Origin: Candidatus Kaiserbacteria bacterium
Lineage (GTDB): Bacteria; Patescibacteriota; Minisyncoccia; Phycocordibacterales; UBA2100
Reading direction: 5' to 3'
Assembly (NCBI GenBank): GCA_016186765.1
Contig: JACPLD010000003.1
Location: 6,121 to 70,120 of the forward strand
DNA length: 64,000 nt
Numbering within the stretch: position 1 is the stretch's first letter; each line of letters opens with the position of its first letter. The translations under genes were made by a program, and so were the position numbers. The notes under the pieces were generated by a model that saw nothing but the letters and a program-made list of their open reading frames with translations, did no database searches and was not told the DNA's origin. Below, one piece after another: positions 9,672 to 18,949 of this stretch.

Positions 9672-9701
9672 CGCACCCTCCTTGACGCACCCTTGACGCA
9701 C
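9653..9701. repeat. REP-like palindrome, right flank of RAYT-1, plus tandem half-sites
   Basis: Same 23-mer followed by two extra CCTTGACGCAC copies. Confidence 0.9.
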
Positions 9702-9942
9702 GGAGAATCATCTCCATTTGCGGAATGTTAGCGTCGCTTCTGAATCTATATCGTTCATCTGTGAAGCATTTGCCTGTATCAACAAAACCGAGCTTCGCAT
9801 AAAACGCAATTGCATTCTCGTTGAATGTCGCGACGTTCACGATCGTGTCTTTCGACAAATCAAGAAACTTCAGCGCTGCCGCCCAGAAAAACTTCCCGAC
9901 TCCCCTATTCTGGTACTCCGGCAGAACATAATTCGAATCCAT
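9655..9942 (-). pseudogene. GNAT acetyltransferase, C-terminal half only
   Basis: YVLPEYQNRGVGK (motif A) and NENAIAFYAKLGF (motif B); the N-terminal half is absent because pth ends 10 nt upstream. Confidence 0.7.
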
Positions 9943-9952
9943 GCATTAATTA

Positions 9953-10543
9953 TTAGTTGAACTGATTCATTGCGCGTTCGCGACCTTCGCGCACGATAGT
10001 TTCGAGTGCATGCGAGACGCGTTTGAAAACAGGCTTCAGTGTGGCAATCTCGTGCGCACGGAACTTTGTGAGTATAAAATTGTTGACGACTTTTTTGCCT
10101 TCCGGCTTCCGCAGAGTGCCCGCAGCCGTTGAAGGAGAGACCCCAATGCGCACGCGAGTAAACTTTTGCGTCTTCAGCGCGCGTATGACCGACTCGAGTC
10201 CCTTGTGTCCGCCGCTTCCCCTGTCGAACGAGAGCTTTATCTTCCCCAAAGGGAGGTCCAAATCGTCGTGGACGACGATCATGCGCTCCACCGCCCTCTG
10301 ATTTTTGACGAAACGTGCAACCGTAGCGCCCGATTTGTTCATAAACGTGTCGGGGAGCACTAAGGCAACCGCGGTTTTTCCTACCATACCGCCTCCGGTG
10401 GTCGCCTTTTTTGCATAATCTCGCTTGAAACCGTTCAGATGCATGGTTTTTCCAAAAAATTCGACTGCCATGCGGCCACAGTTGTGCCGCGTCGAGTCAT
10501 ATTCCTCTCCCGGATTTCCCAAACCGACGATAATCCAAGCCAT
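9953..10543 (-). CDS. pth: Peptidyl-tRNA hydrolase
   Basis: IVGLGNPG..Y..TRHN, TFMNKSG, VHDDLDL, GGHKG. Confidence 0.96.
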   Translation of the reverse strand: MAWIIVGLGNPGEEYDSTRHNCGRMAVEFFGKTMHLNGFKRDYAKKATTGGGMVGKTAVALVLPDTFMNKSGATVARFVKNQRAVERMIVVHDDLDLPLGKIKLSFDRGSGGHKGLESVIRALKTQKFTRVRIGVSPSTAAGTLRKPEGKKVVNNFILTKFRAHEIATLKPVFKRVSHALETIVREGRERAMNQFN

Positions 10544-10586
10544 GAGGCGCTATTCTAGCAGATTTTCTAAACAATCACCCACAAAA

Positions 10587-10731
10587 GCATGTCGACGAGG
10601 CGCGGTGTGGTCTTTGGAGTCTTCGCGCAGGCCGTCCGGTCTCTCCTTTCGGAGAGGCCCAGCTAATGAGAGCAATTTTTCAGCAGAAAAATATGCGACT
10701 CCAAAGATCGTATCGTGCCAAGGAGACATGC
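10587..10731 (+). ncRNA. Putative structured ncRNA (unidentified; 6S-like topology possible)
   Basis: 23-bp stem 10599-10621/10697-10719 whose five non-WC positions are all G-U on the + strand; outer GCATGTC/GACATGC; inner GGTCTCTCC-TTTC-GGAGAGGCC hairpin. Confidence 0.6.
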
Positions 10732-10781
10732 AACACCACAAACGCTTTGTGTCAATCCGCGCATGAGAGTAGAATGCCGTG

Positions 10782-11378
10782 ATGAAACATCCCGTGATGG
10801 AGGGAAACGCATCACAGGAACATCAAAATACGAATCCGCGAGGCTCACTCCTCGGCTACACGGTCGTCGTGCTCGGCTTAGCACTCTTCATTCGCTTCTT
10901 CATCGCTGCTCCGTACGTCGTTTCCGGTGCCTCGATGGATCCGAGCTTCGACGACTGGCACTATCTCATCATTGACCGCATTTCATACGACATCGGAGCG
11001 CCACAGCGAGGCGACGTAGTCGTCTTCAACCTCCCACAAGAGGGTGGTCGCTCACTCATCAAGCGTATCATCGGCTTGCCTCACGAGACTGTCGTCCTCG
11101 ATGGGCAAAAGGTAACTATTTTCAACGACGAACACCCGGATGGATCCACGCTCGAAGAGCTCTACCTCGATCCAAAGAACCTCGAGGGCAGGAACGAAAT
11201 GCGAATTGAGCTCGGCGAGGACGAATATTTCGTACTCGGCGACAATCGACGTGTCTCGGCCGATTCACGCCTGTGGGGAACGCTCGCGCGCGAGAACATT
11301 GTCGGACGCGCGTTCGTCCGTCTCTACCCATTCGATCAGATTTCTCTCTTGCCCGGAGAAGCGCGATACGAAGAGTAG
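10782..11378 (+). CDS. lepB: Signal peptidase I
   Basis: SGASMDPS, IKRIIGLP, YFVLGDNR..SADSR. Confidence 0.95.
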   Translation: MKHPVMEGNASQEHQNTNPRGSLLGYTVVVLGLALFIRFFIAAPYVVSGASMDPSFDDWHYLIIDRISYDIGAPQRGDVVVFNLPQEGGRSLIKRIIGLPHETVVLDGQKVTIFNDEHPDGSTLEELYLDPKNLEGRNEMRIELGEDEYFVLGDNRRVSADSRLWGTLARENIVGRAFVRLYPFDQISLLPGEARYEE

Positions 11379-11382
11379 CTTG

Positions 11383-11462
11383 CAGGTGGCAGGCGTCAGG
11401 TTTCAGAAAAAAATTCATGACTCAAGAAAACCTAATCCTTAAAACCTAATCCTTAAAACCTA
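11383..11462. repeat. 7/14-nt tandem arrays in the lepB to HisRS-like spacer
   Basis: CAGGTGG CAGGCGT CAGGTTT ... (AAAACCTAATCCTT)x2 AAAACCTA. Confidence 0.6.
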
Positions 11463-11467
11463 TTTAT

Positions 11468-12658
11468 ATGATGCGTCTGAAGGATACGCGGTATCAGAAT
11501 ACGGCGTCGTTCTTAAATTCCGCCATCGCGATCGCAGAGTACTTCGGATTCATTCCGTTCGAAGAAGCGGCCCGCAGAGATCTGGCGCAGATCCGGGAAA
11601 TCCGCCGGCGCGCGCGCGGAAGCGAACGCGAGATCTCCTTCGCCCGCAAGGAAGAGCGAGTACTCGCAGTCGCCGCGCGACGTCTCTCGATCCTTGCTCA
11701 CGCACCCCCTGAATCGCTGCTCCTGTGGCGTGTCGGGAGTGACGCCAAAGCAGCCATGCCCACTGCCTCACTCGAGCTGCATATCATCGGGACGCAATCG
11801 GCGATCGCGGAGGCGCTTCTCATCGTGATAGCAAATGCGATCGCGCGCGAAGCGGGACTTCCCGAGCGCGTACTCTCGATCAACAACATCGGCTCTCCTG
11901 AATCGTCGGGGCGCTTCGTCCGCGACGTCGCGAGTTTCTTGCGCAAGCACATCGAATCGATCTCCGTAACACTGCGTCCTCGCGCCGCGACCGACCCGCT
12001 CGGAGCCCTCGTCGCACTTATCGAGCGCGGCCACCCCGCGATCCCGCGCTCGCCACAAGCGATGGAATATCTCACCGAAGAGGAGCGCCGCCGGTTTTGG
12101 GAGCTTCTTGAATACATCGAGGCACTCGGACTCTCCTACGAGCTCTCGCCCACGGTTTTAGGGAGCAGGGATTGTTGGGCGCATACTCTCTTTCAGATAT
12201 CGGTGATCGATGCGGCAAGTGGTTCACGCATACCTGTTGCCTTCGGCGGCCGCTACGACCCGCTCGCCTCGCGATTTGCCGCCGCCGCGCTTCCCGCCGT
12301 AATGATATCGATTACCTGCGAGCTGCGAGGCAAGACACGCGTGAAGCGCGAGCACCCACTTCCTCCAAGCATCTACTTCGCGCATTTGGGGGCAGAGGCT
12401 CGCCGCCGTGCGCTTCCTATACTCGAGAATTTGCGTGAGGCTGGCATCCCCGTGAGCCATGGCCTCTACCACGAACGTATCGGTGAACAAATGGCAGCGG
12501 CACGAAGGCTAGCCTCTCCCTACATCCTCATCATGGGACACAAAGAGGCCGTCGAGGGAACGATCCTCGTGCGAGAGGCTGCAACGAACTCACAGGATGC
12601 GATCCCACTCCAAGAACTGACCGGCTATTTGAAGCGCAGGAGATTTGTCTCCGCATGA
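11468..12658 (+). CDS. HisRS/HisZ-like paralog with C-terminal anticodon-binding domain
   Basis: FGGRYDPL and a class IIa anticodon-binding C-terminus; canonical LRPE, motif 2 and RGLDYY are missing. Confidence 0.75.
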   Translation: MMRLKDTRYQNTASFLNSAIAIAEYFGFIPFEEAARRDLAQIREIRRRARGSEREISFARKEERVLAVAARRLSILAHAPPESLLLWRVGSDAKAAMPTASLELHIIGTQSAIAEALLIVIANAIAREAGLPERVLSINNIGSPESSGRFVRDVASFLRKHIESISVTLRPRAATDPLGALVALIERGHPAIPRSPQAMEYLTEEERRRFWELLEYIEALGLSYELSPTVLGSRDCWAHTLFQISVIDAASGSRIPVAFGGRYDPLASRFAAAALPAVMISITCELRGKTRVKREHPLPPSIYFAHLGAEARRRALPILENLREAGIPVSHGLYHERIGEQMAAARRLASPYILIMGHKEAVEGTILVREAATNSQDAIPLQELTGYLKRRRFVSA

Positions 12659-12725
12659 GCTCCCTTTTTCATTCCCACAACGTGAGTTGCTGGATAGCTA
12701 TATGTTGTGCTAGAGTAGCGACCAC

Positions 12726-13025
12726 ATGTCGGTAAACACAGAGGTCCAGAAGAGCGGAAACGAGACTGCGCTTTCCGTCATTCGGAAGTTCAGCCGCCGC
12801 GTGCAAGGCACCGGCCTGATCAAAACAGTCCGCAATCGACGCTACTTTGCACGCGACACCTCGAAGATCGTGAAGAAGAAGCGCGCACTGAAGCTCCTGA
12901 AGCGCCGTGCTGAATACAAGCAGCTCGTTAAAGAGGGGAAGATCATCGAGGCGCCCGCGAGGCGCGGCAGCCCCGTGCGAGAGCAAACACCGCGGCTCGG
13001 CGAAGGAACTCCGATCGCACGATAG
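12726..13025 (+). CDS. rpsU: 30S ribosomal protein bS21
   Basis: E....IRKFSRRVQ.TG......RRYF pattern; basic protein. Confidence 0.8.
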   Translation: MSVNTEVQKSGNETALSVIRKFSRRVQGTGLIKTVRNRRYFARDTSKIVKKKRALKLLKRRAEYKQLVKEGKIIEAPARRGSPVREQTPRLGEGTPIAR

Positions 13026-13029
13026 ATCG

Positions 13030-13413
13030 ATGCGAGGAAAAAAGCTCGAAATCAAAACAGTGATCCGCGGCAAACTGCCGCAGATTCCCTTTCAAAGGAT
13101 CGCGAACGAGATTCTTCCAGGGCGCTACGAACTTTCCCTTGTGATATGCGGGGATGTACTTGCAAGGAGAATAAATCGGCAACACCGAAAGAGATCCTAC
13201 GCTGCCAACGTGCTCTCATTCCCGCTCGAAAAGAACGAGGGCGAAATTTTTTTGAATATGGAAGCGGCACGACGGGAGGCCAAACAGTATGGCGTCTCTC
13301 TTCGAGCCCGCCTTATGCTCCTCTTCGTACATGCATGTTTGCATCTCAAGGGCATGCAACATGGCACGAAAATGGAGAGGGCGGAGAAGAAGGTGCTCAT
13401 GAGATTCTCATAG
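13030..13413 (+). CDS. ybeY: rRNA maturation endonuclease YbeY
   Basis: NVLSFP, GEIF, HACLHLKGMQH. Confidence 0.92.
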   Translation: MRGKKLEIKTVIRGKLPQIPFQRIANEILPGRYELSLVICGDVLARRINRQHRKRSYAANVLSFPLEKNEGEIFLNMEAARREAKQYGVSLRARLMLLFVHACLHLKGMQHGTKMERAEKKVLMRFS

Positions 13414-13473
13414 CCGTTCGATGTCCCCCTCATTTTGACTTTTGCCCTTCTCCTTTTGCCTTACAATGAGGCA

Positions 13474-14643
13474 ATGCGGAAAGTCTATACAGGAATTGAT
13501 GTCGGTACCTACCACGTCAAAGTCGTAATCGCTGCCGCCGGAGAATCGCCTGAGCTTCCGATGCAGATACTCGGTACTGGCACCTCAAACTCAAAGGGCA
13601 TGCGCCACGGCTACATCGTCGACACGAGAGAGGCTACCAAAAGCATCCGCGAGGCGCTCCACCGCGCCGCAAGCCTTGCAAAGGTGCGTGTGCGGCGAGC
13701 GCGAGTCGCCTTGGGCGGCGTTGGCCTCGAAGAGACCAGAGGCTCTGCCGACGTGACACTCACACCATCCGGCGGCATCGTCACGGACCGCGAGATCGAG
13801 CGCGTCCTCCGAGAAAGCGAGAAGCGCGCATCCGGAAAACTCGTAAATCGCACGATCCTTCACACTATTCCGCTCGAGTTCCGCGTCGACGGCACAAAGG
13901 TGTTTGGAAAGCCACAGGGCCTCCAGGGCACGAAACTTTCAGTCGATACGATGCTCGTTACCATACTGACGCATCACCACGACGATCTCATCGAAGCAGT
14001 TGAGAACGCCGGCGTGGAAGTCGAGGGTGTGATGGCGGCACCCTTGGCCGCCTCGCTCGTAACACTCACGAAAGCCCAAAAGACCGCGGGTGTCGTGCTT
14101 GCTAACGTGGGCTCTGAAACGCTCTCCATCGCCGTTTTCGAGAATGACGTCCCCGTTTCCATTAAGGTATTTTCCATCGGCTCTTCCGACATCACGAACA
14201 CGATTGCGCTTTCGCTGCGGATCACGCTGCCTGAAGCGGAGCAAATGAAGCGCGGCGCCGTGACGGGCAGCGACGTGCCGCCGAAGCAGATGCTCACTAT
14301 CGTTTCGACACGCCTGAAAGACATGTTCGCGCTCGTAAACGCGCATCTCAAGGAGATCGGGCGCCTACGCCTGCTTCCGGCCGGCGTTGTCATCACCGGC
14401 GGTGGCTCGGGACTCTCCGGCATCTCGGATGTCGCGCGCGCGATATTGAAACTGCCCTCGCAAGTCTCGCAGATTGGTTACTTGCCGCGCTCCTCGTCAG
14501 TGGATGCAACGTGGGCCGTCGCGTATGGCCTCTGCCGTTGGGCGTACGCGGAAGAAGTAGCAGGAAGCGGTCACACGCTCGGAGAGATTGTCGGAAACGC
14601 GTGGGACTCGGTAAAGCAAGCCATCCGCTCGCTGCTTCCTTAA
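13474..14643 (+). CDS. ftsA: Cell division protein FtsA
   Basis: GIDVGT, SKGMRHG, VITGGGS; directly upstream of ftsZ. Confidence 0.95.
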   Translation: MRKVYTGIDVGTYHVKVVIAAAGESPELPMQILGTGTSNSKGMRHGYIVDTREATKSIREALHRAASLAKVRVRRARVALGGVGLEETRGSADVTLTPSGGIVTDREIERVLRESEKRASGKLVNRTILHTIPLEFRVDGTKVFGKPQGLQGTKLSVDTMLVTILTHHHDDLIEAVENAGVEVEGVMAAPLAASLVTLTKAQKTAGVVLANVGSETLSIAVFENDVPVSIKVFSIGSSDITNTIALSLRITLPEAEQMKRGAVTGSDVPPKQMLTIVSTRLKDMFALVNAHLKEIGRLRLLPAGVVITGGGSGLSGISDVARAILKLPSQVSQIGYLPRSSSVDATWAVAYGLCRWAYAEEVAGSGHTLGEIVGNAWDSVKQAIRSLLP

Positions 14644-14721
14644 ACCGACATAGGGCGAGATAACAGACACTCACGTGTGTCAAGTTTGCCCTTTTTCCGG
14701 AAGTGATACTATTGCCCCAAT

Positions 14722-15897
14722 ATGTCCAAGCAGGTGAAGCCCGACGTGGAGTCGTTCGCAAGAATTCGGGTGGTGGGAGTCGGGGGTTCGGGCGGCAACG
14801 CAGTAAATCACATGGTCGCCTCCCACGTGCAGGGCGTCGATTTTATCGCCGTGAATACCGACGGCCAGGACCTTCACAAGAACAAGGCAAAGCGGAAGAT
14901 CCACATTGGAAAAGCGCTCACGCGCGGTCTAGGCACCGGCATGAATGCCGATCTCGGGAAACAGGCCGCCGATGAGACACGCGAAGACATCCAAGATGCG
15001 CTCAAAGGCTCCGACATGGTGTTCGTCACCTGCGGCATGGGCGGTGGCACCGGCACCGGCGGCGCGCCCGTCGTTGCAAAAATCGCACGCGAAATGGGCG
15101 CGCTTACGGTGGGTGTCGTCACAAAACCCTTCGGCTTCGAGGGCGCGCAGCGTGCGCGTCTCGCCGATCAGGGCATTGCAGAGCTTCGCAAGGCCGTCGA
15201 CGCAGTTATCGTTATCCCGAACGACAAGCTTCTTTCGATCGTCACACGCGAAACGGGCATCAAGAACGCCTTCGCAATGTGCGATGACATTTTGAAGCAG
15301 GCCGTTGAGGGCATCTCCGACATCATCACGCAAACGGGCATCATCAACGTCGACTTCGCAGACGTCCGCGCCGTCATGCAAAACGCAGGAAGCGCGCTCA
15401 TGGGCATCGGTACGGGTATCGGCGAGAAACGCGCCGAGCTCGCCGCGCGCGCGGCAATCAACTCTCCCCTCTTGGACGTTTCGATCCATGGCGCGAAGGG
15501 TGTCCTCTTTTCGATCGCAGGCGGAGAAGATTTGGGCATGCTCGAGGTACAGGATGCTGCGAATGTTATTACCGAGGCGATCGATCCAGACGCGAAGGTT
15601 ATCTTCGGCGCGGTTACCGACCCGTCGCTCAAGAAAGGTGCGGTACGCGTGACCGTAATTGCAACTGGCTTTCCCGAAGCGGTAGGCCCTCGCGCATCGC
15701 TCTTTGGCGGTAGAGAGCGCTTCACACCCAAGAAAGAGACTGACGTACCGCCGGCGACAATGCGCGAACGAGAAGAAAAGAAATCTGAAAGATCTACGCA
15801 CGCAGAAAAACCAAAAGCAAAAGAACCGGTGCGTGTTGCCGCTGAAGATGAGGACGAAGGATGGGGAGGACTGCCTTCCTTCTTGCGAAGGAAGTAG
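14722..15897 (+). CDS. ftsZ: Cell division protein FtsZ
   Basis: GGGTGTG, NVDFADV, C-terminal LPSFLR. Confidence 0.99.
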   Translation: MSKQVKPDVESFARIRVVGVGGSGGNAVNHMVASHVQGVDFIAVNTDGQDLHKNKAKRKIHIGKALTRGLGTGMNADLGKQAADETREDIQDALKGSDMVFVTCGMGGGTGTGGAPVVAKIAREMGALTVGVVTKPFGFEGAQRARLADQGIAELRKAVDAVIVIPNDKLLSIVTRETGIKNAFAMCDDILKQAVEGISDIITQTGIINVDFADVRAVMQNAGSALMGIGTGIGEKRAELAARAAINSPLLDVSIHGAKGVLFSIAGGEDLGMLEVQDAANVITEAIDPDAKVIFGAVTDPSLKKGAVRVTVIATGFPEAVGPRASLFGGRERFTPKKETDVPPATMREREEKKSERSTHAEKPKAKEPVRVAAEDEDEGWGGLPSFLRRK

Positions 15898-15899
15898 CA

Positions 15900-15970
15900 A
15901 ACAGAGAACAGTGAACAGAGAACAGAAAATTCTGTGATATCCTACTGTTCACTGTTTTCTGTTCACTATG
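15900..15970. repeat. Inverted pair of 7-nt tandem arrays (AACAGAG-type)
   Basis: AACAGAG AACAGTG AACAGAG AACAGAA ... TACTGTT CACTGTT TTCTGTT CACTATG; the last unit contains the trxB ATG. Confidence 0.85.
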
Positions 15971-16909
15971 TATGACTTGATTATTGTCGGTGGTGGTCCT
16001 GCTGGAGTTGCCGCAGCTGTCTACGCTGCGCGCAAACGCTTGAAAACATTGCTCGTTGTCGATGAGTGGGGCGGGCAGAGCAATGTCTCTCTCGACGTGC
16101 AGAACTGGATTGGAACGAAATCTATAACGGGGACAGATCTCGCCAAGAAATTCCGCGAGCACATCGAGGCGTACAAGGACAACTACATCGAAATCCTCTC
16201 GTCGGCGCGCGCCACTGCGCTTGATGTAACCGACGGTGTTGTACAAGTCAGACTTGCACAAGGAAAAAAAGAAACAACAGCTGAGTCAAGAGCACTCCTG
16301 ATTGCAAGTGGCGCGCGCCGGCGTACGCTCACTATTCCTGGTGCAAAAGAATTTGATCAGAAGGGTCTCACCTACTGCGCTTCCTGCGACGGCCCGTTGT
16401 TCGCAGACAAAGATGTCGTCGTGATAGGCGGAGGCAATGCCGGCTTCGAAACTGCTTTGCAGCTCCTCGCGTACTGTAAGAGCGTTACGCTCTTACATCG
16501 CGACGGCGTGTTCAAAGCCGACGAAGTCACCATAGCTGCTGCGATAGCGCACAAAAATATGCGCGCGCTTTTGAATGCCGAGCCGATGGAAATCGTCGGC
16601 GAAACGTTCGTGACTGGTCTGAAGTGGAAGGACACAAAAACTGGTAAAGAGGAGATGCTTCCGGTCGAAGGAATTTTCGTAGAGATCGGTCTCCTGCCGA
16701 ATACCGAATGGATCGGGGACAAACTAGAAAAGAATGCGATTGGGCAGATCAAGGTTGATCACAAATCGCAACGCACCTCGCACCCGCGTGTGTGGGCGGC
16801 CGGCGACGTAACCGATGGCCTGTACCACCAAAACAACATCGCTGCCGGCGACGCCGTCAAAGCCCTCGAGGATATCTACATGACCTTGCGCCGCGCTAAG
16901 AATGATTGA
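15968..16909 (+). CDS. trxB: Thioredoxin reductase / AhpF C-terminal-like flavoprotein
   Basis: GGGPAG, CASCDG, GGGNAG, AAGD. Confidence 0.9.
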   Translation: MYDLIIVGGGPAGVAAAVYAARKRLKTLLVVDEWGGQSNVSLDVQNWIGTKSITGTDLAKKFREHIEAYKDNYIEILSSARATALDVTDGVVQVRLAQGKKETTAESRALLIASGARRRTLTIPGAKEFDQKGLTYCASCDGPLFADKDVVVIGGGNAGFETALQLLAYCKSVTLLHRDGVFKADEVTIAAAIAHKNMRALLNAEPMEIVGETFVTGLKWKDTKTGKEEMLPVEGIFVEIGLLPNTEWIGDKLEKNAIGQIKVDHKSQRTSHPRVWAAGDVTDGLYHQNNIAAGDAVKALEDIYMTLRRAKND

Positions 16910-16915
16910 AAAGGG

Positions 16916-16942
16916 AAAGCGCGAATAAATGCTCCGCGCTTT
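16916..16942. terminator. Probable bidirectional terminator between convergent genes
   Basis: AAAGCGCG...CGCGCTTT. Confidence 0.5.
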
Positions 16943-16948
16943 ATCGCT

Positions 16949-17929
16949 CTAGTGTCTGAAATGTCGCACTCCCGTAAAGACCATGGCCATGCCGAACTTG
17001 TCGGCGGCGTCGATCGAGTCTTGGTCTTTCTGCGATCCACCAGGCTCTATGATAGCGGTCGCCCCCGCCTGATGCGCAGTCTCGACGACATCCGGGAACG
17101 GGAAAAAGGCGTCAGATGCCAGTACCGAACCTTCTAGAGATAGTTTCGCGTTGTTCGCCTTGTGCCATGCGATGTACGCTGATTCGATACGGCTCATCTG
17201 CCCTGCTCCAATGCCGACCGTTGCACCGTCTTTCGCGTAGACGATAGCGTTCGACTTCACGTGCTTGCAGACGGTAAATGCGAACTCAAGATCTTTCATT
17301 TCCTTCTCCGTCGGCGCGCGCTTCGTAACGACGCGCGGTTCGTCTTCAAAAACAGTATTGTCACGGCTCTGCACGAGAACGCCGCCTGCAATCGTACGCA
17401 GCGTGAATGACGAGGCTTTCGGATCGGGCATGGAGCTCGTCAAGAGAACGCGGATGTTCGGCTTCGTCGCAAGAATTTTCAAGGCGGCATCGTCGGCAGA
17501 GGGTGCAATAACGACTTCAAGAAATATCTTCACAAGCTCCTCGGCGACCTTAGCGTCGATCTCACGATTGACTGCGACGATGCCGCCGAATGTAGAAATA
17601 GGATCGCACACAAGCGCCTTTTGGTACGCCTCAAGCGGTGAGGTACCTAGCGCGACGCCGCAGGGATTTGTATGCTTCACGATAACGGCGGCAGGCTCGG
17701 AAAATTCAGCGACACACTCGAAGGCCGCATCGGCATCGAGAAGGTTGTTGTACGAAAGCTCCTTGCCCTGCACCTTTCGTGCGTTTGCAGCACCGGGGCG
17801 CTCGGGATCGAGCAGATTTTTGTAGAGCGCCGCGCTCTGGTGTGGATTTTCGCCGTAGCGAAGGGCTTCTTTGCGTTCGAGCCTAAGCTGCAGTTCCTTC
17901 GGGAGCTCCGGCTTTTCGCTCATCGCCAT
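16949..17929 (-). CDS. purH: AICAR transformylase domain of PurH (lacks the N-terminal IMP cyclohydrolase domain)
   Basis: [41 protein letters not shown]; only 326 aa. Confidence 0.9.
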   Translation of the reverse strand: MAMSEKPELPKELQLRLERKEALRYGENPHQSAALYKNLLDPERPGAANARKVQGKELSYNNLLDADAAFECVAEFSEPAAVIVKHTNPCGVALGTSPLEAYQKALVCDPISTFGGIVAVNREIDAKVAEELVKIFLEVVIAPSADDAALKILATKPNIRVLLTSSMPDPKASSFTLRTIAGGVLVQSRDNTVFEDEPRVVTKRAPTEKEMKDLEFAFTVCKHVKSNAIVYAKDGATVGIGAGQMSRIESAYIAWHKANNAKLSLEGSVLASDAFFPFPDVVETAHQAGATAIIEPGGSQKDQDSIDAADKFGMAMVFTGVRHFRH

Positions 17930-18269
17930 AGCTTATCATGGCTAAACCTAAAGCCACTGCCGAAAGCGCGACATCGCGGAAGAGCACCTGAAAGTTGCCT
18001 GGGTTGAATACGACAATCGCAAGCAGCATCCCTGCCGCCAGCAGAGATGGCCAGAATATCCGCCATCCCGAAAGGAGCCAGAGCGCGATCACCACCTCCA
18101 CAAAACCAAAAGCATGCAGAAGAACGAGGTCGGGAACGTAGCCCTTCGCGAACGCGGGAAAGTAGCCAATCCAGCTGTACGGATCGACGATGGCATTGAG
18201 TGGAGGATAGAGGAAGGCAAACGCGATACCTGCGCGAAGTAAAAGATGTGCGACTTTCTCCGCATTCAT
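17883..18269 (-). CDS. DoxX-like membrane protein
   Basis: [12 protein letters not shown]...W..Y.P...E...FRD pattern with hydrophobic helices. Confidence 0.7.
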   Translation of the reverse strand: MNAEKVAHLLLRAGIAFAFLYPPLNAIVDPYSWIGYFPAFAKGYVPDLVLLHAFGFVEVVIALWLLSGWRIFWPSLLAAGMLLAIVVFNPGNFQVLFRDVALSAVALGLAMISYGDERKAGAPEGTAA

Positions 18270-18273
18270 GCTA

Positions 18274-18319
18274 CTTGTGGTGAGCTTGCTTGTGGTGAGT
18301 TCGTCGAATCATCGAACTA
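18274..18319. mobile_element. Self-nested miniature element (CTTGTGGTGAG-N4-TCGAAYYA family)
   Basis: CTTGTGGTGAGCTTG[CTTGTGGTGAGTTCGTCGAATCA]TCGAACTA. Confidence 0.75.
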
Positions 18320-18865
18320 TTCAACAACAACAACGACTTTCCCGAATTTTTGCGCGTTCAGATGGTCGTGGTAGTTCCACGTGCCTACTTTCTGGAAGGT
18401 AAAGCTGTAGTCGCCGGTGCTTCCCGCACACTGATCGAATGCTGCTCCCGTAGCATCAGGGCAGTGCTCTTCACGCGACGTGCCGGCATATACCACGTGC
18501 GAAGGGTGCTGTGCCGAGGCGATCCACATCTGCCCACCGCTTGAATTCGTCCACGTCACGGTACCTCCTTTTTTGATGGTCACTTCCGAAGGACTAAATC
18601 CGCTCGCTGAATAGGTGACAGTCGCGCTCATCGGAGCGGTCGGCGTTGCTTGCCCTGAGCTTGTCGCCCCTCGAATCCCTCGGGGCGACCCTGAGTCCGT
18701 CGAACGGGTCGAAGGGACTGGAGTCGGTGTCGGAGTCGGTTCAGGCGATGGCGAGGAAGGTGTTGGCGTTGGTGTTACCCCTGCGCTTGGGGTGCTACTC
18801 TGCCAAAACAGATAGCCTCCCCCGAGAATAATGACGATAGCGAGAGCCCAAAGAAAATTTTTCAT
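18317..18865 (-). CDS. Membrane-anchored cupredoxin/plastocyanin-like protein
   Basis: N-terminal TM, PT-rich linker, FSPSEVTIKKGGTVTWTN, HPSH, YHDHLN. Confidence 0.85.
   Translation of the reverse strand: MKNFLWALAIVIILGGGYLFWQSSTPSAGVTPTPTPSSPSPEPTPTPTPVPSTRSTDSGSPRGIRGATSSGQATPTAPMSATVTYSASGFSPSEVTIKKGGTVTWTNSSGGQMWIASAQHPSHVVYAGTSREEHCPDATGAAFDQCAGSTGDYSFTFQKVGTWNYHDHLNAQKFGKVVVVVE
18649..18716. mobile_element. Triple nested miniature element in frame in the cupredoxin linker
   Basis: CTTGCCCTGAGCTTG[45 nt containing two more copies]TCGAAGGG. Confidence 0.75.
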
Positions 18866-18895
18866 AGGTAGTAATAAAACTTATAAGACACACAG

Positions 18896-18938
18896 TATAC
18901 CCCATGAGATGGCGGCTTCGCCTATCTCACGGGGTATA
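18896..18938. repeat. Hairpin element CCCCATGAGAT-GGCG..CGCC-TATCTCACGGGG
   Basis: Near-identical copy at 48278-48314. Confidence 0.8.
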
Positions 18939-18949
18939 TCACGACCGTG

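Noticed and set aside
10633-10696. Hammerhead ribozyme (GTC...CTAATGA...GAAA)
   Set aside because: The core reads CUAAUGA rather than CUGAUGA, and stem III cannot pair properly.
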